Shown here: one piece after another, positions 34,225 to 45,295 of the stretch
Layout of the letters: each line of letters starts with the position of its first letter
Numbering within the stretch: the stretch's first letter is position 1
Assembly: GCA_963814875.1 (NCBI GenBank)
Contig: CAWFFJ010000026.1
Span: 82,184 to 146,183, forward strand
Length of the DNA: 64,000 bases
Direction: 5' to 3'
From: an uncultured Acidobacteriota bacterium
GTDB taxonomy: Bacteria > Acidobacteriota > Thermoanaerobaculia > Thermoanaerobaculales > Sulfomarinibacteraceae
Position numbers and translations under genes: made by a program
Notes under the pieces: generated by a model
What the model was told of the DNA's origin: nothing
The model's input: only the letters and a program-made list of their open reading frames with translations
Database searches by the model: none

Positions 34225-37200
34225 ATGAAAAGAGCTCTCACCTGCATCGCAATTCTCGGGCTGATCGTGCTCGCCTCGTGCTCTGGCGACAGCCCGTCGC
34301 CGCCACCGGTGCCGACCCCGGCGAGCACGACCTGGGCGATCACCTCGCTCACCGTGTCGGACTCGACGCTCTACGTCGGCTCGACGGTCACCGTGACCGC
34401 GACGGTGACCAAGGACGGTTCCCCGGCGCCCGACGGGACCGCCGTCGAGTTTTCGATTGGCGGTGTTGTGCTGGCCAATGTCGCGACCAGCGGCGGTAGG
34501 GCAACGGCCGATTTCGTGGCGACAGCCAAAGGCATATACACGATCCAGGCCCGGGTCGTCGGCGTCACCCGCACGGTAGACGTGAGCTACGTCCTCCCCG
34601 AACCGGACGGCACCCTGCTGATCTACAACGTGAACCCCACCGAGGGCGCGATCGCGGGCGGCGAGCAGGTCACGCTCACCGGCAACGGTATCCGCGGCCC
34701 GGTCGAGGTCACCTTCACGGTCAACGGGACGGCGTTCCCGGCACGGGTACTGAGCGTGGTGCCGTCCACCTCGAGCTCGCCCGGCACGATCACCGTCGAG
34801 ACCCCGCGGGTCACGGTCGCCGACCCGACCATTGACAACCTTGCAACCATCACCGTCAAGACCGCGGTCGGGACGGGCAAGGACCAGAGTCAGGTCCTCA
34901 CCGATGCCTTCACCTTCCTGCGCGAGATCTTCACCCCGGTGATCTACAGCGTGTACCCGGACCAGGGCACCGCGCGCGGCGGTGACCAGGTGACGATCCT
35001 CGGCGCCAACCTCGTCGGCGTGACACGGGTGACCTTCGGCGGGCGCGAGGCCCAGGTGGTCAGCGAAAGCGCTGACGGCCACCAGGTGACGGTCATTACC
35101 CCGCCCTACGGCGCGACTCCGCTGCAAGACAACACTCCCGTGACGGTCGTGGTCGAGACTCCCGGCGGCAACGCCAGCAAGGACGACGCGTTCATCTACC
35201 TGGCCGACCAGCCGCAGCCGAGCATTGCGGGGCTCGCCCCCGCGGCCGGCCCGATCGACGGCGGCACCCGGGTCACCATCTTCGGCTCCGGCTTCCAGTT
35301 CCCGGCGCAGGTCTTCTTCACCGCTGGCGGGGTCGCCAAGGAGGCCTCGGTCATCAGCGTCAACGACGACACCTCACCGGCCGACAACGACGAGATCGTG
35401 TGCGTGACGCCGGACTTCTCGGACAGCACTCAGACGACCCCGTTCACGGCCGACGTCCGGGTGCTCAACGTCGAGACCGGCCGCGAGGGCAGCAAGAGCG
35501 CTGCCTTCACCTACGGCGACCGCCTCTTCGTCAGCGGCAACGATCCGGCCGACGGCGGCGAGGGCACCGAGGTGACGATCTTCGGCTCCGGCTTCGTCAG
35601 CCCGCTCCAGGTGGACTACCTCGGCTTCGGTAGCCCGCTGCGGGTCGATCCCACGTCCATCTCGGGTTCTCAGATGGTGGTCCGGATGCCGGCGCCGACG
35701 AACCCGAGCTGCGCGGCCGTGACCGGCGCATTCCGTGTGCGCCTGCTCGAGAGCCCCAACAACCCGGTCGAAGGCGGCTCCTTCACCTACTTCGGCAACA
35801 CGCCGACGCTCAGCTCCATCACGCCCTCCACGGTCGACGAGATTGCCGACGGTGTCGGAGTTGATCCGTCCTCCGCTGTGCTCACCGGAAAGAACTTCTC
35901 GACCTCGGTGCAGGTCGCGATCAACGACATCCTGCTGAACTCCGGCGCCGTCCAGGCGGTCAACGACACCACCATCAACATCACTCAGCTGCCGGCGCCC
36001 AACGACCTCGGTCTGGTGTTCGACACCGTCGCCTGTGTCAATGGCGACGGCGTGGCCGGCTTCCGTAAGGTGCCCACTTCGGTCGACGTCACCGTCACCA
36101 ACACCAACGCCAACTGCAGCGACACGCTGACCAACGGGCTGACCTACCAGCCCCAGAACACGGACTGCGTGGTCGAGCCCAACATCGTGCTCGTGCCGGG
36201 CGCCGGATCGACCCTGACCCTGCCCGCCACCGGCGCGGGGAGCTGCTCGACCTTCGAGCAGGTCACCGTGCGCAACACCGGAGGGTCGACCCTCGACTGG
36301 ACGGCCGCGATCACTGGACCGTTCTCGTTCAGCGGCAGCTCGGGCGACCTGAACCGAAGCGGCTCCCTCGTGCCGGGCACGTCGAGCACCCTCGAGGTTC
36401 ACTTCTGTCCGACAGTCGACGACAACTCCAACCAGTTCGGCCAGGTCCAGTTCCTCTCGAACGACCCGAACGACAATCCGGTGACCCTCACGCTCCAGGG
36501 CCAGGAGGCCGCCGGTCAGCTCGAGCTGACGCCGGGCAACCTCAACTTCCCGTCCACCGCTGGCGGCTCGTGCAGTGCCGCGAAGCAGGCAACCATCCGC
36601 AACACCGGGCTCGACGACCTGTCGTACAACTCGACGCTGACCGGACGGTTCTTCTTCGACGCTGGCGCGAGCCAGCAGGGACCGGTGGCCGGCAGCCTGC
36701 CGCCGGGGACCGATACCCTGGTCGACATCTACTTCTGTCCGAACCTCGGTGCCAGCGGGACACTGACCGGTCAGCTCAGCGTCGACAGCGACGACCCGGT
36801 GAACCCGGTGCGAACCATCGACCTCAGCGGCGACGCCGGTGCTCCGGACATCTCCGTAACACCCAACCCGCTGATCTTCACGGAGGCCATCCCGGCGGTG
36901 GGCCCGGGACCGACCTGCTCGAGCGCCAAGCAGCTCACGATCGCGAACTCTGCTGGTGCGAGCGACGACCTCGACTTCGGGCTCACACTCGTCGGCGACT
37001 TCTACCTCAACAGCAACGCGACCGGACAGGGTCCGCAGATCGGCTCGCTGGTGCCGGGCGCGAGCCAGCCGGTCAACATCTACTTCTGCCCGGCGATGGG
37101 CTCGGTGGGTCTTGTCACCGGGACCGCCCGCGTGACCAGCAACGATCCGGATCAGCCGCTGGTAGTCAACGACCTCCAGGGAACGGCCACCGGCCCCGAG

Positions 37201-37872
37201 ATCGATGTCCTGCCCGCCTCGCTCGAGATCGAGTTCACTCCCGACGTTCCCGCCGGGAGCTGCTCCGCCACCGCCAAGACGGTGACCATCCGCAACCTCC
37301 AACCGCCCGCCTCCCTGGTGCTCGACTACTCGGTCACCATTACCGGGCCGTACTTCCTGAACTCCAACGGCACCGGTCAGGCGACTGCGGGTCAGGTCTC
37401 GATCGGCGGCTCCAAGCCTATCGACGTCTACTTCTGCCCGACGGTCGACGACAACAACGTTCAGACCGGCGTCTTCCGGATCGACTCGAACGATTTCGAC
37501 GAGTCGACCGTCAACGTGCAGCTCACCGGCAAGGAGGCCGAGCCGGACATCGCAACCACTCCGGCCGACGGCGGCACGCTGACGCTTCCGACAACCGCCT
37601 TCGGCGTGTGCTCGGCGTACAGCGACATCACCGTTGACAACAACGGGCTCGCGGACCTCGTGTTCTCGGCCACTCTGTCGGGTGCCGCCTTCGAGCTCGA
37701 AACGACCTACACCAACATTGTGGTGCCGCCGAGCGGGAGTACCACTGTCAGGGCTCGGTTCTGCCCCACTGCGGACGACGGACAGCTCTACACCGGCTCC
37801 GTGAGCATCACCAGCAACGACGTCACGAACCCGACCGTGACCATCAACCTCGAAGGTCAGGAAACTCCCTGA
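34225..37872 (+). CDS. 1215-aa surface lipoprotein: a Big-like Ig domain, about six IPT/TIG-like domains, and five tandem choice-of-anchor-D / ASH-like modules
   Basis: Has a lipobox (IVLAS-C-SGD) and an invasin-like Ig segment (VGSTVTVTATVTKDGSPAPDGTAVEF). IPT/TIG signatures repeat (P.I.S..P..G...GG..VTI.G.GF). It ends with five modules of about 110 aa. Confidence 0.85.
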   Translation: MKRALTCIAILGLIVLASCSGDSPSPPPVPTPASTTWAITSLTVSDSTLYVGSTVTVTATVTKDGSPAPDGTAVEFSIGGVVLANVATSGGRATADFVATAKGIYTIQARVVGVTRTVDVSYVLPEPDGTLLIYNVNPTEGAIAGGEQVTLTGNGIRGPVEVTFTVNGTAFPARVLSVVPSTSSSPGTITVETPRVTVADPTIDNLATITVKTAVGTGKDQSQVLTDAFTFLREIFTPVIYSVYPDQGTARGGDQVTILGANLVGVTRVTFGGREAQVVSESADGHQVTVITPPYGATPLQDNTPVTVVVETPGGNASKDDAFIYLADQPQPSIAGLAPAAGPIDGGTRVTIFGSGFQFPAQVFFTAGGVAKEASVISVNDDTSPADNDEIVCVTPDFSDSTQTTPFTADVRVLNVETGREGSKSAAFTYGDRLFVSGNDPADGGEGTEVTIFGSGFVSPLQVDYLGFGSPLRVDPTSISGSQMVVRMPAPTNPSCAAVTGAFRVRLLESPNNPVEGGSFTYFGNTPTLSSITPSTVDEIADGVGVDPSSAVLTGKNFSTSVQVAINDILLNSGAVQAVNDTTINITQLPAPNDLGLVFDTVACVNGDGVAGFRKVPTSVDVTVTNTNANCSDTLTNGLTYQPQNTDCVVEPNIVLVPGAGSTLTLPATGAGSCSTFEQVTVRNTGGSTLDWTAAITGPFSFSGSSGDLNRSGSLVPGTSSTLEVHFCPTVDDNSNQFGQVQFLSNDPNDNPVTLTLQGQEAAGQLELTPGNLNFPSTAGGSCSAAKQATIRNTGLDDLSYNSTLTGRFFFDAGASQQGPVAGSLPPGTDTLVDIYFCPNLGASGTLTGQLSVDSDDPVNPVRTIDLSGDAGAPDISVTPNPLIFTEAIPAVGPGPTCSSAKQLTIANSAGASDDLDFGLTLVGDFYLNSNATGQGPQIGSLVPGASQPVNIYFCPAMGSVGLVTGTARVTSNDPDQPLVVNDLQGTATGPEIDVLPASLEIEFTPDVPAGSCSATAKTVTIRNLQPPASLVLDYSVTITGPYFLNSNGTGQATAGQVSIGGSKPIDVYFCPTVDDNNVQTGVFRIDSNDFDESTVNVQLTGKEAEPDIATTPADGGTLTLPTTAFGVCSAYSDITVDNNGLADLVFSATLSGAAFELETTYTNIVVPPSGSTTVRARFCPTADDGQLYTGSVSITSNDVTNPTVTINLEGQETP
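36169..37869 (+). repeat. Five tandem, diverged coding repeats of about 330-350 nt inside the large lipoprotein
   Basis: Module starts are at 36169, 36511, 36838, 37189 and 37540. Each has an N-proximal Cys (GSCS, TCS or VCS) and a distal (V/I/R)(H/Y/F)FCP motif, then an SNDP-like segment ending L.G.E/A. Confidence 0.75.
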
Positions 37873-37885
37873 CGACGAAGGAACC

Positions 37886-37912
37886 CGCCCCGGCCCTTCA
37901 AGGGCCGGGGCG
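37886..37912 (+). terminator. Hairpin terminator after the large lipoprotein gene
   Basis: CGCCCCGGCCC-TTCAA-GGGCCGGGGCG is a perfect 11-bp stem, followed by the pyrimidine/T-containing TCCTCATCTCT. Confidence 0.55.
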
Positions 37913-37924
37913 TCCTCATCTCTG

Positions 37925-39352
37925 ATGGACGAACGCATCGCCGAACTTCGTGCCGAGCTGCGGGAGGATCCGACCTCCCGCCTGTTCTATCAGCTCGGTG
38001 AGCTGCTGCGCCGCGAGGAGGCGCATGAGGAGGCGGTGCGCGTGCTGCGCGGCGGCCTCGAGCACAACCCGCGCTACGTCGCCGCCTGGGTCGCGCTCGG
38101 GCGCTCGCTGGCCGCGCTCGAGCGCCACGAGGAGGCCGAGAAGGCCGGCGCGAGGGCCCTCGAGCTCGACCCCGAGAACGCGGTCGCCGCGCGGATGATC
38201 GGCGAGAGTGCAGCCGCCCGCGGTGACCTCGTGCGCGCGATCAAGGGGCTCAAGCTCGCCCGCGTGCTCTCGCCGCGCGACCAGGACCTCGAGGACCGCA
38301 TTGCCGAGGTCGAGGCCGGGCTGGCCAAGCGCGGTCTGCTCGAGGCCCCGGCCCACCGGCATGAGCACTCGGGACCCGTGCCCCGGCTCGGGGCGGATCT
38401 CAGGCCGGGCCCCGGCGGACTGACGACGGTTTCCGTCCGTCGCCTCGAGCTGCCGCCGCTCGAGATGGCCCAGGTCGGGGACGGCGATCCGTTCCTCCTC
38501 GGGCGTACCGGCGACAGCGGGATCTGGCTGCTCGGCGACGACGTCTTCGAGGCGCCCGAGCCGGAACCGGAGCCCGAGGCATTCGGTCCGTCGGACGAGC
38601 CCGTCGAGCCGGACGTGGTCGATCTGCCGGACTGGGAGATTGGCGAGGCGCCGGCCGCCGCCAAGCGGTTCGAGAGTCCGTCCGCAGTCGACGAGCCCCC
38701 GCCAGACTGGGAGGTTGACGACTTCGAACAGCCCGAAGTGCCGATCCCCGACGAGACCGGTGGCTGGGAGGTCGCGACCCCGGTGGCGTGGGCAACGGCT
38801 CCAGAGGCAACCTGGCGACCACAGGAGGTCGTCGGTGAGCTCGAAGCGGCCGGGGAGACTGTCTTCCCAGGAGCCGACCAGCGTGATCTCTCCGGCGAGC
38901 CGGAGCTTCTCGAGGCCGGGCTGGAAACCGCATCGGAGCTTGTCGAGGTTGAGAGCGCCCAGGGCCGCTACGAGGTCGATCCCGGACACGAACTGGAGTC
39001 GGAGTCCGAGCCGCTGTCGGAGAGTGACGAGGAGGAGTGGTCCGAGTTCGAGGAGATCCCTCTGCCGACGTTGACCCTCGCCCGCTTGGCCTACGAGCAG
39101 GGCGATCTTCGGCTCGCGGAGCGCACGTTGCTCGGGGTGCTCGAACGCCAACCGCACTCTGCGGAGGCTCGCGCCCTGCTGGAGCAGATCCGCAGCGAGC
39201 GTTCGCCGGTCCCCACGACGGCTCCCGCGACGGATGAGGCTGCCGCCGCCGCTGAGGCGCAGGAGGTGGCGAGCCCTGCGATCGCGAAGATCGCTGCGTT
39301 GCGTGCGTGGGCGGACACGATTAGACTGGCTGCGGAGCAGCGGCACCCGTGA
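37925..39352 (+). CDS. TPR-repeat protein with a long acidic Pro/Glu/Asp-rich central region
   Basis: Has N-terminal TPRs (AVRVLRGGLEHNPRYVAAWVALGRSLAALERHEEAEKAGARALELDPEN). The acidic middle carries PDWE repeats. A C-terminal TPR is present (LARLAYEQGDLRLAERTLLGVLERQPHSAEA). There is no obvious Shine-Dalgarno. Confidence 0.8.
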   Translation: MDERIAELRAELREDPTSRLFYQLGELLRREEAHEEAVRVLRGGLEHNPRYVAAWVALGRSLAALERHEEAEKAGARALELDPENAVAARMIGESAAARGDLVRAIKGLKLARVLSPRDQDLEDRIAEVEAGLAKRGLLEAPAHRHEHSGPVPRLGADLRPGPGGLTTVSVRRLELPPLEMAQVGDGDPFLLGRTGDSGIWLLGDDVFEAPEPEPEPEAFGPSDEPVEPDVVDLPDWEIGEAPAAAKRFESPSAVDEPPPDWEVDDFEQPEVPIPDETGGWEVATPVAWATAPEATWRPQEVVGELEAAGETVFPGADQRDLSGEPELLEAGLETASELVEVESAQGRYEVDPGHELESESEPLSESDEEEWSEFEEIPLPTLTLARLAYEQGDLRLAERTLLGVLERQPHSAEARALLEQIRSERSPVPTTAPATDEAAAAAEAQEVASPAIAKIAALRAWADTIRLAAEQRHP

Positions 39353-39705
39353 ACTTCGAGAACACCCTGTCGGACCTCGTGGTCGCCTGCCCGGGAGCGC
39401 TGGGTGCGGCGATCGTGGACCCGGACGGCATCCCGTTGGCCTTCGCGCCCGACAAGGATCCAGCGCTTGAGGTCCTCGGGGCCGAGTTGAGCTCGATCCT
39501 GCGGGACATCGACCAGGCCGGCCGCGAGCTCGATCATGGTCCGCTGCACCAGCTCAGTGTCACCGCCGAGAGCGCAACCGTGGTCGTCACAACCACGGGC
39601 GGCGGCTACTTCATCGTCCTCGTTCTCTCGCCCGACGGAGTAGCCGGAAGGGCCCGATTCCTCTCCAGGCTGACCGGCGAGCGGCTCTACTCCGAGTTCA
39701 TCTGA
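39349..39705 (+). CDS. Roadblock/LC7 (MglB-like) domain protein
   Basis: 118 aa. LSDLVVACPGALGAAIVDPDGIPLAF...LHQLSVTAESATVVVTTTGGGYFIVLVLSPD fits the Roadblock/LC7 pattern. GTGA overlap with the TPR gene. Confidence 0.8.
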   Translation: MNFENTLSDLVVACPGALGAAIVDPDGIPLAFAPDKDPALEVLGAELSSILRDIDQAGRELDHGPLHQLSVTAESATVVVTTTGGGYFIVLVLSPDGVAGRARFLSRLTGERLYSEFI

Positions 39706-39716
39706 GGGATCGCTTC

Positions 39717-40223
<507 letters not shown>

Positions 40224-40227
40224 CGCC

Positions 40228-41574
<1,347 letters not shown>

Positions 41575-41604
41575 CGGCTGTCGCCGGAACGGACCCGTGC
41601 CCGG

Positions 41605-41613
41605 TGCTACCAT
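41605..41613 (+). promoter_or_regulatory. Candidate extended -10 (TGcTACCAT) 7 nt before ATG 41621
   Basis: Reads TGCTACCAT-gaggggg-ATG. It lies in the 46-nt accC-aroK spacer. Confidence 0.3.
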
Positions 41614-41620
41614 GAGGGGG

Positions 41621-42130
41621 ATGGCCAACAGCTTCCTGGTGGGCTTCATGGGAGCGGGCAAGACCGCGGTCGGGCAGGAGCTTGCGCGGATCCTCTGCTT
41701 CCGCTTCGTCGATCTCGACGACGCCCTCGTCGAGAGGTTTGGCGCCTCCATCCGTGAGGTCTTCGAGAGCCGCGGAGAGGCCACCTTCCGGCGCGAAGAG
41801 AGTCTCCTGCTCGAGCGGGTCGCCTGCTCGCCCCGATCGGTGGTCGCCACTGGAGGCGGTACTTTCTGCTCAGCTCGCAACCGTCACGTGATCAACTCAG
41901 CGGGCGGGTACTCGGTCTTTCTCGACGTGCCGTGGTCGGTCATTTTCCGCCGTCTTCCCGGCAAGAACTTCGACCGGCCAAAGTTCGTCGATCCTGAGCA
42001 GGCGAGGCAGCTGTACGAGTCCCGGCGGGCCGCCTACCTGCTCGCCGACACCAGCCTTTCCCTCGACGGCGACGAGCCTCCGGACCAGGTCGCACAGCGG
42101 ATCGCGTCCCTCCTTCCGGAGGTGGCGTGA
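41621..42130 (+). CDS. aroK: Shikimate kinase
   Basis: Has a P-loop (LVGFMGAGKTAVG) and DLDDALVERFGASIREVFESRGEATFRREE. An alternative ATG is at 41612. Confidence 0.88.
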   Translation: MANSFLVGFMGAGKTAVGQELARILCFRFVDLDDALVERFGASIREVFESRGEATFRREESLLLERVACSPRSVVATGGGTFCSARNRHVINSAGGYSVFLDVPWSVIFRRLPGKNFDRPKFVDPEQARQLYESRRAAYLLADTSLSLDGDEPPDQVAQRIASLLPEVA

Positions 42131-42882
42131 GGTATCTGATCCTGAGTGACATCCACGCCAACTGGGAGGCGCTGCACGCGGTGCTCAGCCACGTACGGCG
42201 CAAGCGTTGGGACCATGTTCTGTTCCTCGGCGACGCCGTCGGATACGGTGCGTCGCCGAATCAGGTCCTGGCGTGGCTGCGTGCGGTGCAGCCCCAGGCA
42301 ACCATGGTTCGCGGGAATCACGACCGGGTGTGCGCTGGCCTCGACAGCGGCGAGTACTTCAACCGCTACGCACTCGAGGCCGCCACCTGGACCTACGATC
42401 ATCTCGAGCCGCGCAACCTCGAGCTGCTCAGAGAGCTGCCTGAGGGACCGATCGCGGTCTCCGAGCGGGTCGCCGTGTGCCACGGCTCGCCGGTCGATGA
42501 GGACGCCTACGTGTTCTCGGCCTACGACGCCCAGGCCGCGTTCGACGCTGCGCCACAGCCAGTGATTTTCTTTGGCCACACCCACATTCCGTCGGTGTTC
42601 GTACTGCGACGGGTCAACGGCCGGACCACCCTCCACGCCCGCCTGCTCGCCGGATCGCGCCAGGTGATCGATCTCGACCCTAACAACCGCTACCTCATCA
42701 ACCCCGGCTCGGTCGGCCAACCGCGAGACCGGGACCCGAAGGCCGCTTATGCGATCTACGATGCCGAGCAGCGACGTCTGTTCGCCTACCGGGTGGGCTA
42801 TCGCGTGGGGAACGCCCGACGACGCATCCTCCAGGCGGGCCTGCCCCCCGTCCTCGGGGACCGGCTCCTCTATGGCGCGTGA
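42127..42882 (+). CDS. Metallophosphoesterase (YfcE/MJ0936-like)
   Basis: Contains MRYLILSDIHANWEAL, LFLGDAVGYG, GNHD and GHTH. GTGA overlap with aroK. Confidence 0.85.
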   Translation: MRYLILSDIHANWEALHAVLSHVRRKRWDHVLFLGDAVGYGASPNQVLAWLRAVQPQATMVRGNHDRVCAGLDSGEYFNRYALEAATWTYDHLEPRNLELLRELPEGPIAVSERVAVCHGSPVDEDAYVFSAYDAQAAFDAAPQPVIFFGHTHIPSVFVLRRVNGRTTLHARLLAGSRQVIDLDPNNRYLINPGSVGQPRDRDPKAAYAIYDAEQRRLFAYRVGYRVGNARRRILQAGLPPVLGDRLLYGA

Positions 42883-42895
42883 ACCCAGGGGGTGG

Positions 42896-45295
42896 ATGAT
42901 GACGTCTTGTGTGCGGGCAGTCCTTGGCGCCGCGCTCGCGCTCACAGTCGCTTCTGGAGCAGCGGCACAGGAGGGACGCGCCCTGCTGCGGGCCACCCTG
43001 CTCGAGGCTCTCGACCGTGGTGCCGTCCCCGACGCCCTGTGGGGCGGGCTGCTCCTCGACCCCGAGTCCCAGGTCCGTGTCCTGGCCGTCCGTGTGCTGG
43101 CCTCAAACCCCGGGCACGGCACGGTCCTGCGGCTGGCGATGCTCGCCCAGGATCGCGATCCCCGGGTCCGCGAGGTTGTGATGCTCACGGCGGGTCGGTT
43201 CGGGTCTCCAGCCGTGGAGCTGGCCGGCGCCGCGCTGCACGATCCCTCGCCGCTGGTGCGGCGGGCGGCGGTGTGGGCCTGCACCGAGATCGGAGAGCCG
43301 TGTGCCGACGCGGTCCTCGCTCACATGGCCGTCGAGCGCGACTCGAGCGTCCTTGAGATGGGGTTGGCGAACCTGTGGCGGCTGCCGTCGGGCCGGTGGG
43401 AAGGGACCGCGGGCGGCTTCACGGGACATCGGGACCCCCTGCTGCGTCGCGCTGCGGCGTACGGGCTGTCACGAGGGCGCTCCGAGCTGCGATTGGCGCC
43501 GCTTCGCCGCCTGGCAGCCGACCCGGAGCCGGTCATCCGGCTCACGGCCCTGCGGGGTCTCGGCGGCGACCCGCCGGACCCGTCGGACCTGAAGCGTCTC
43601 GTCGCTGCCCTCGACGATCCCGACTGGCGGGTGCGCGCTGCGGCCTGCCTGGTGCTGGCTGCAACTCCGGCGGAGGTTCCGGAAGGGGCGGATGTCCGGC
43701 TCAGCGAGCTCGCCGCTGATGCTCGAGCGCAGCTCGCGGTACCTGCGGCGCGGGCGCTCGGCGCGAGCCCCGCCCGCGGCGGGGGGAAGGTGCTCACCCT
43801 GCTGGCGCGAGAGGGTGATCCGTGGCCGGCTGCCGAAGCCCTGATCGCGCTCGCGCGCCAGGGCGGAGAGGCCGCCGGCGCCGTGGCCGCCGAGTGGATC
43901 ACGAGTCCGGAGGCGTGGCGCCGCCGAGCTGCCGTCCGCGCGTCCGTTGCTTCCGGCGGGGTCGAGACCAAAGTGGTCGTACGGGCGCTCGAGGACCCCG
44001 ACCCGAGCGTTCGGCTCGCGTTCCTCGATGCCCTGCCCCCGGGCGCTTCGGGCATCGACCGTACGCTTGCCGATCGGCTCGCCCGCGACCAGGATCCGGC
44101 GGTGCGGGCGAGCCTCATCGACCGGCTCGCGGGCGACGGCGCGCTGCCGGCCGAGCGGTTGCTCGGGCTCGCCGCCTCGTGGCACGAGGACGGCGCAGGG
44201 GATGCCCGGGCCGCGGCCCTTCTTGCGGCGTGGAAAGACGGTGACGCGACCGTGCGCGCTAAGGTCCTCAAGGCCGCCCTCGACGACCCGGATCGCGCGG
44301 TGTCGGCACAGGTGGTGGCTGCGGCGCGGGCGGCGGGGGCCGCCGTGGAGCTGCCACCGCGAGCGGCGCCTCACGACCTCTCGTGGTACCGGGGTCTGGT
44401 CACATGGTCCGAACGCGAGCACTGGCTGGACCTGGTGACGGTGCGCGGGACCGTCCGTCTTCGCCTCGAGTCGGCACGCGCTCCCCTGACGGCGCGCGCG
44501 ATCTGGGATCTCGCCGAGAAGGGCTTCTACAACGGGCTCACTTTTCACCGGGTGGTGCCGAACTTCGTGGTCCAGGGCGGCGACCCCCGCGGCGACGGGT
44601 GGGGGGGGCCGGGATTCACCCTCGTCGATGAACCGTCGCTCGAGCCGTTCGACTCGTGGCGGGTCGGGGTTGCGACCTCCGGTCCCAACACCGGCGGCTG
44701 CCAGCTCTTCGCGACCCTGACCCCGGCCGACCACCTCACCGGTCACTATACGAACGTCGCCGAGGTCACCCATGGACGGGATGTTCTGGAGCGGATCGAG
44801 GTCGGCGACGCGATCGTGCGGGTCGAGACCGTGGAGGGGGCCGAGCCGCCGCCCCCGGCGCCGACGCTGCTCGGAGCACTGGCGTGGTCGGATCTTGCAG
44901 GTATCGACGGTTGGGAAACGGAGCGTACGAACTACGTCCCAGACCCGGAGGTGGTGGACCGGCTGCGCACGGCCATAGGCCGCTACCGGATCGTGGTGGT
45001 GCTCGGCTCCTGGTGCGAGGACTCGAAGCGAGAGGTGCCTCGCCTGGAGAAGGTGGTGGATTCGGTCGGGGGCGGCGTCTTCACGGTCGAGCTCGAGGGT
45101 GTCGACAGAAGCAAACGCGTCTCGCCCACCAACCCGGTCGCCGGCCTGCTCCCGGGTCGCACTGCGGACCGGGTGCCGACCCTGGTCGTCCTCGACGCCA
45201 ACGGGCAGGAGCTCGGGCGCGTTGTGGAAACCGCACCGGAGCCGCTCGAGCACCTGCTCGTCGAGCTGATCGGTCCGGCGGAGGGCTGGAGATGA
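42896..45295 (+). CDS. Secreted fusion protein: HEAT repeats + cyclophilin-type peptidyl-prolyl isomerase + thioredoxin-like domain
   Basis: Has a signal peptide (MMTSCVRAVLGAALALTVASGAAAQ) and many DP.P.VR.AA HEAT-like repeats. The cyclophilin core is FYNGLTFHRVVPNFVVQGGDPRGDGWGGPGF. The C-terminal Trx-like segment has WCEDS (45011-45025). Confidence 0.8.
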   Translation: MMTSCVRAVLGAALALTVASGAAAQEGRALLRATLLEALDRGAVPDALWGGLLLDPESQVRVLAVRVLASNPGHGTVLRLAMLAQDRDPRVREVVMLTAGRFGSPAVELAGAALHDPSPLVRRAAVWACTEIGEPCADAVLAHMAVERDSSVLEMGLANLWRLPSGRWEGTAGGFTGHRDPLLRRAAAYGLSRGRSELRLAPLRRLAADPEPVIRLTALRGLGGDPPDPSDLKRLVAALDDPDWRVRAAACLVLAATPAEVPEGADVRLSELAADARAQLAVPAARALGASPARGGGKVLTLLAREGDPWPAAEALIALARQGGEAAGAVAAEWITSPEAWRRRAAVRASVASGGVETKVVVRALEDPDPSVRLAFLDALPPGASGIDRTLADRLARDQDPAVRASLIDRLAGDGALPAERLLGLAASWHEDGAGDARAAALLAAWKDGDATVRAKVLKAALDDPDRAVSAQVVAAARAAGAAVELPPRAAPHDLSWYRGLVTWSEREHWLDLVTVRGTVRLRLESARAPLTARAIWDLAEKGFYNGLTFHRVVPNFVVQGGDPRGDGWGGPGFTLVDEPSLEPFDSWRVGVATSGPNTGGCQLFATLTPADHLTGHYTNVAEVTHGRDVLERIEVGDAIVRVETVEGAEPPPPAPTLLGALAWSDLAGIDGWETERTNYVPDPEVVDRLRTAIGRYRIVVVLGSWCEDSKREVPRLEKVVDSVGGGVFTVELEGVDRSKRVSPTNPVAGLLPGRTADRVPTLVVLDANGQELGRVVETAPEPLEHLLVELIGPAEGWR

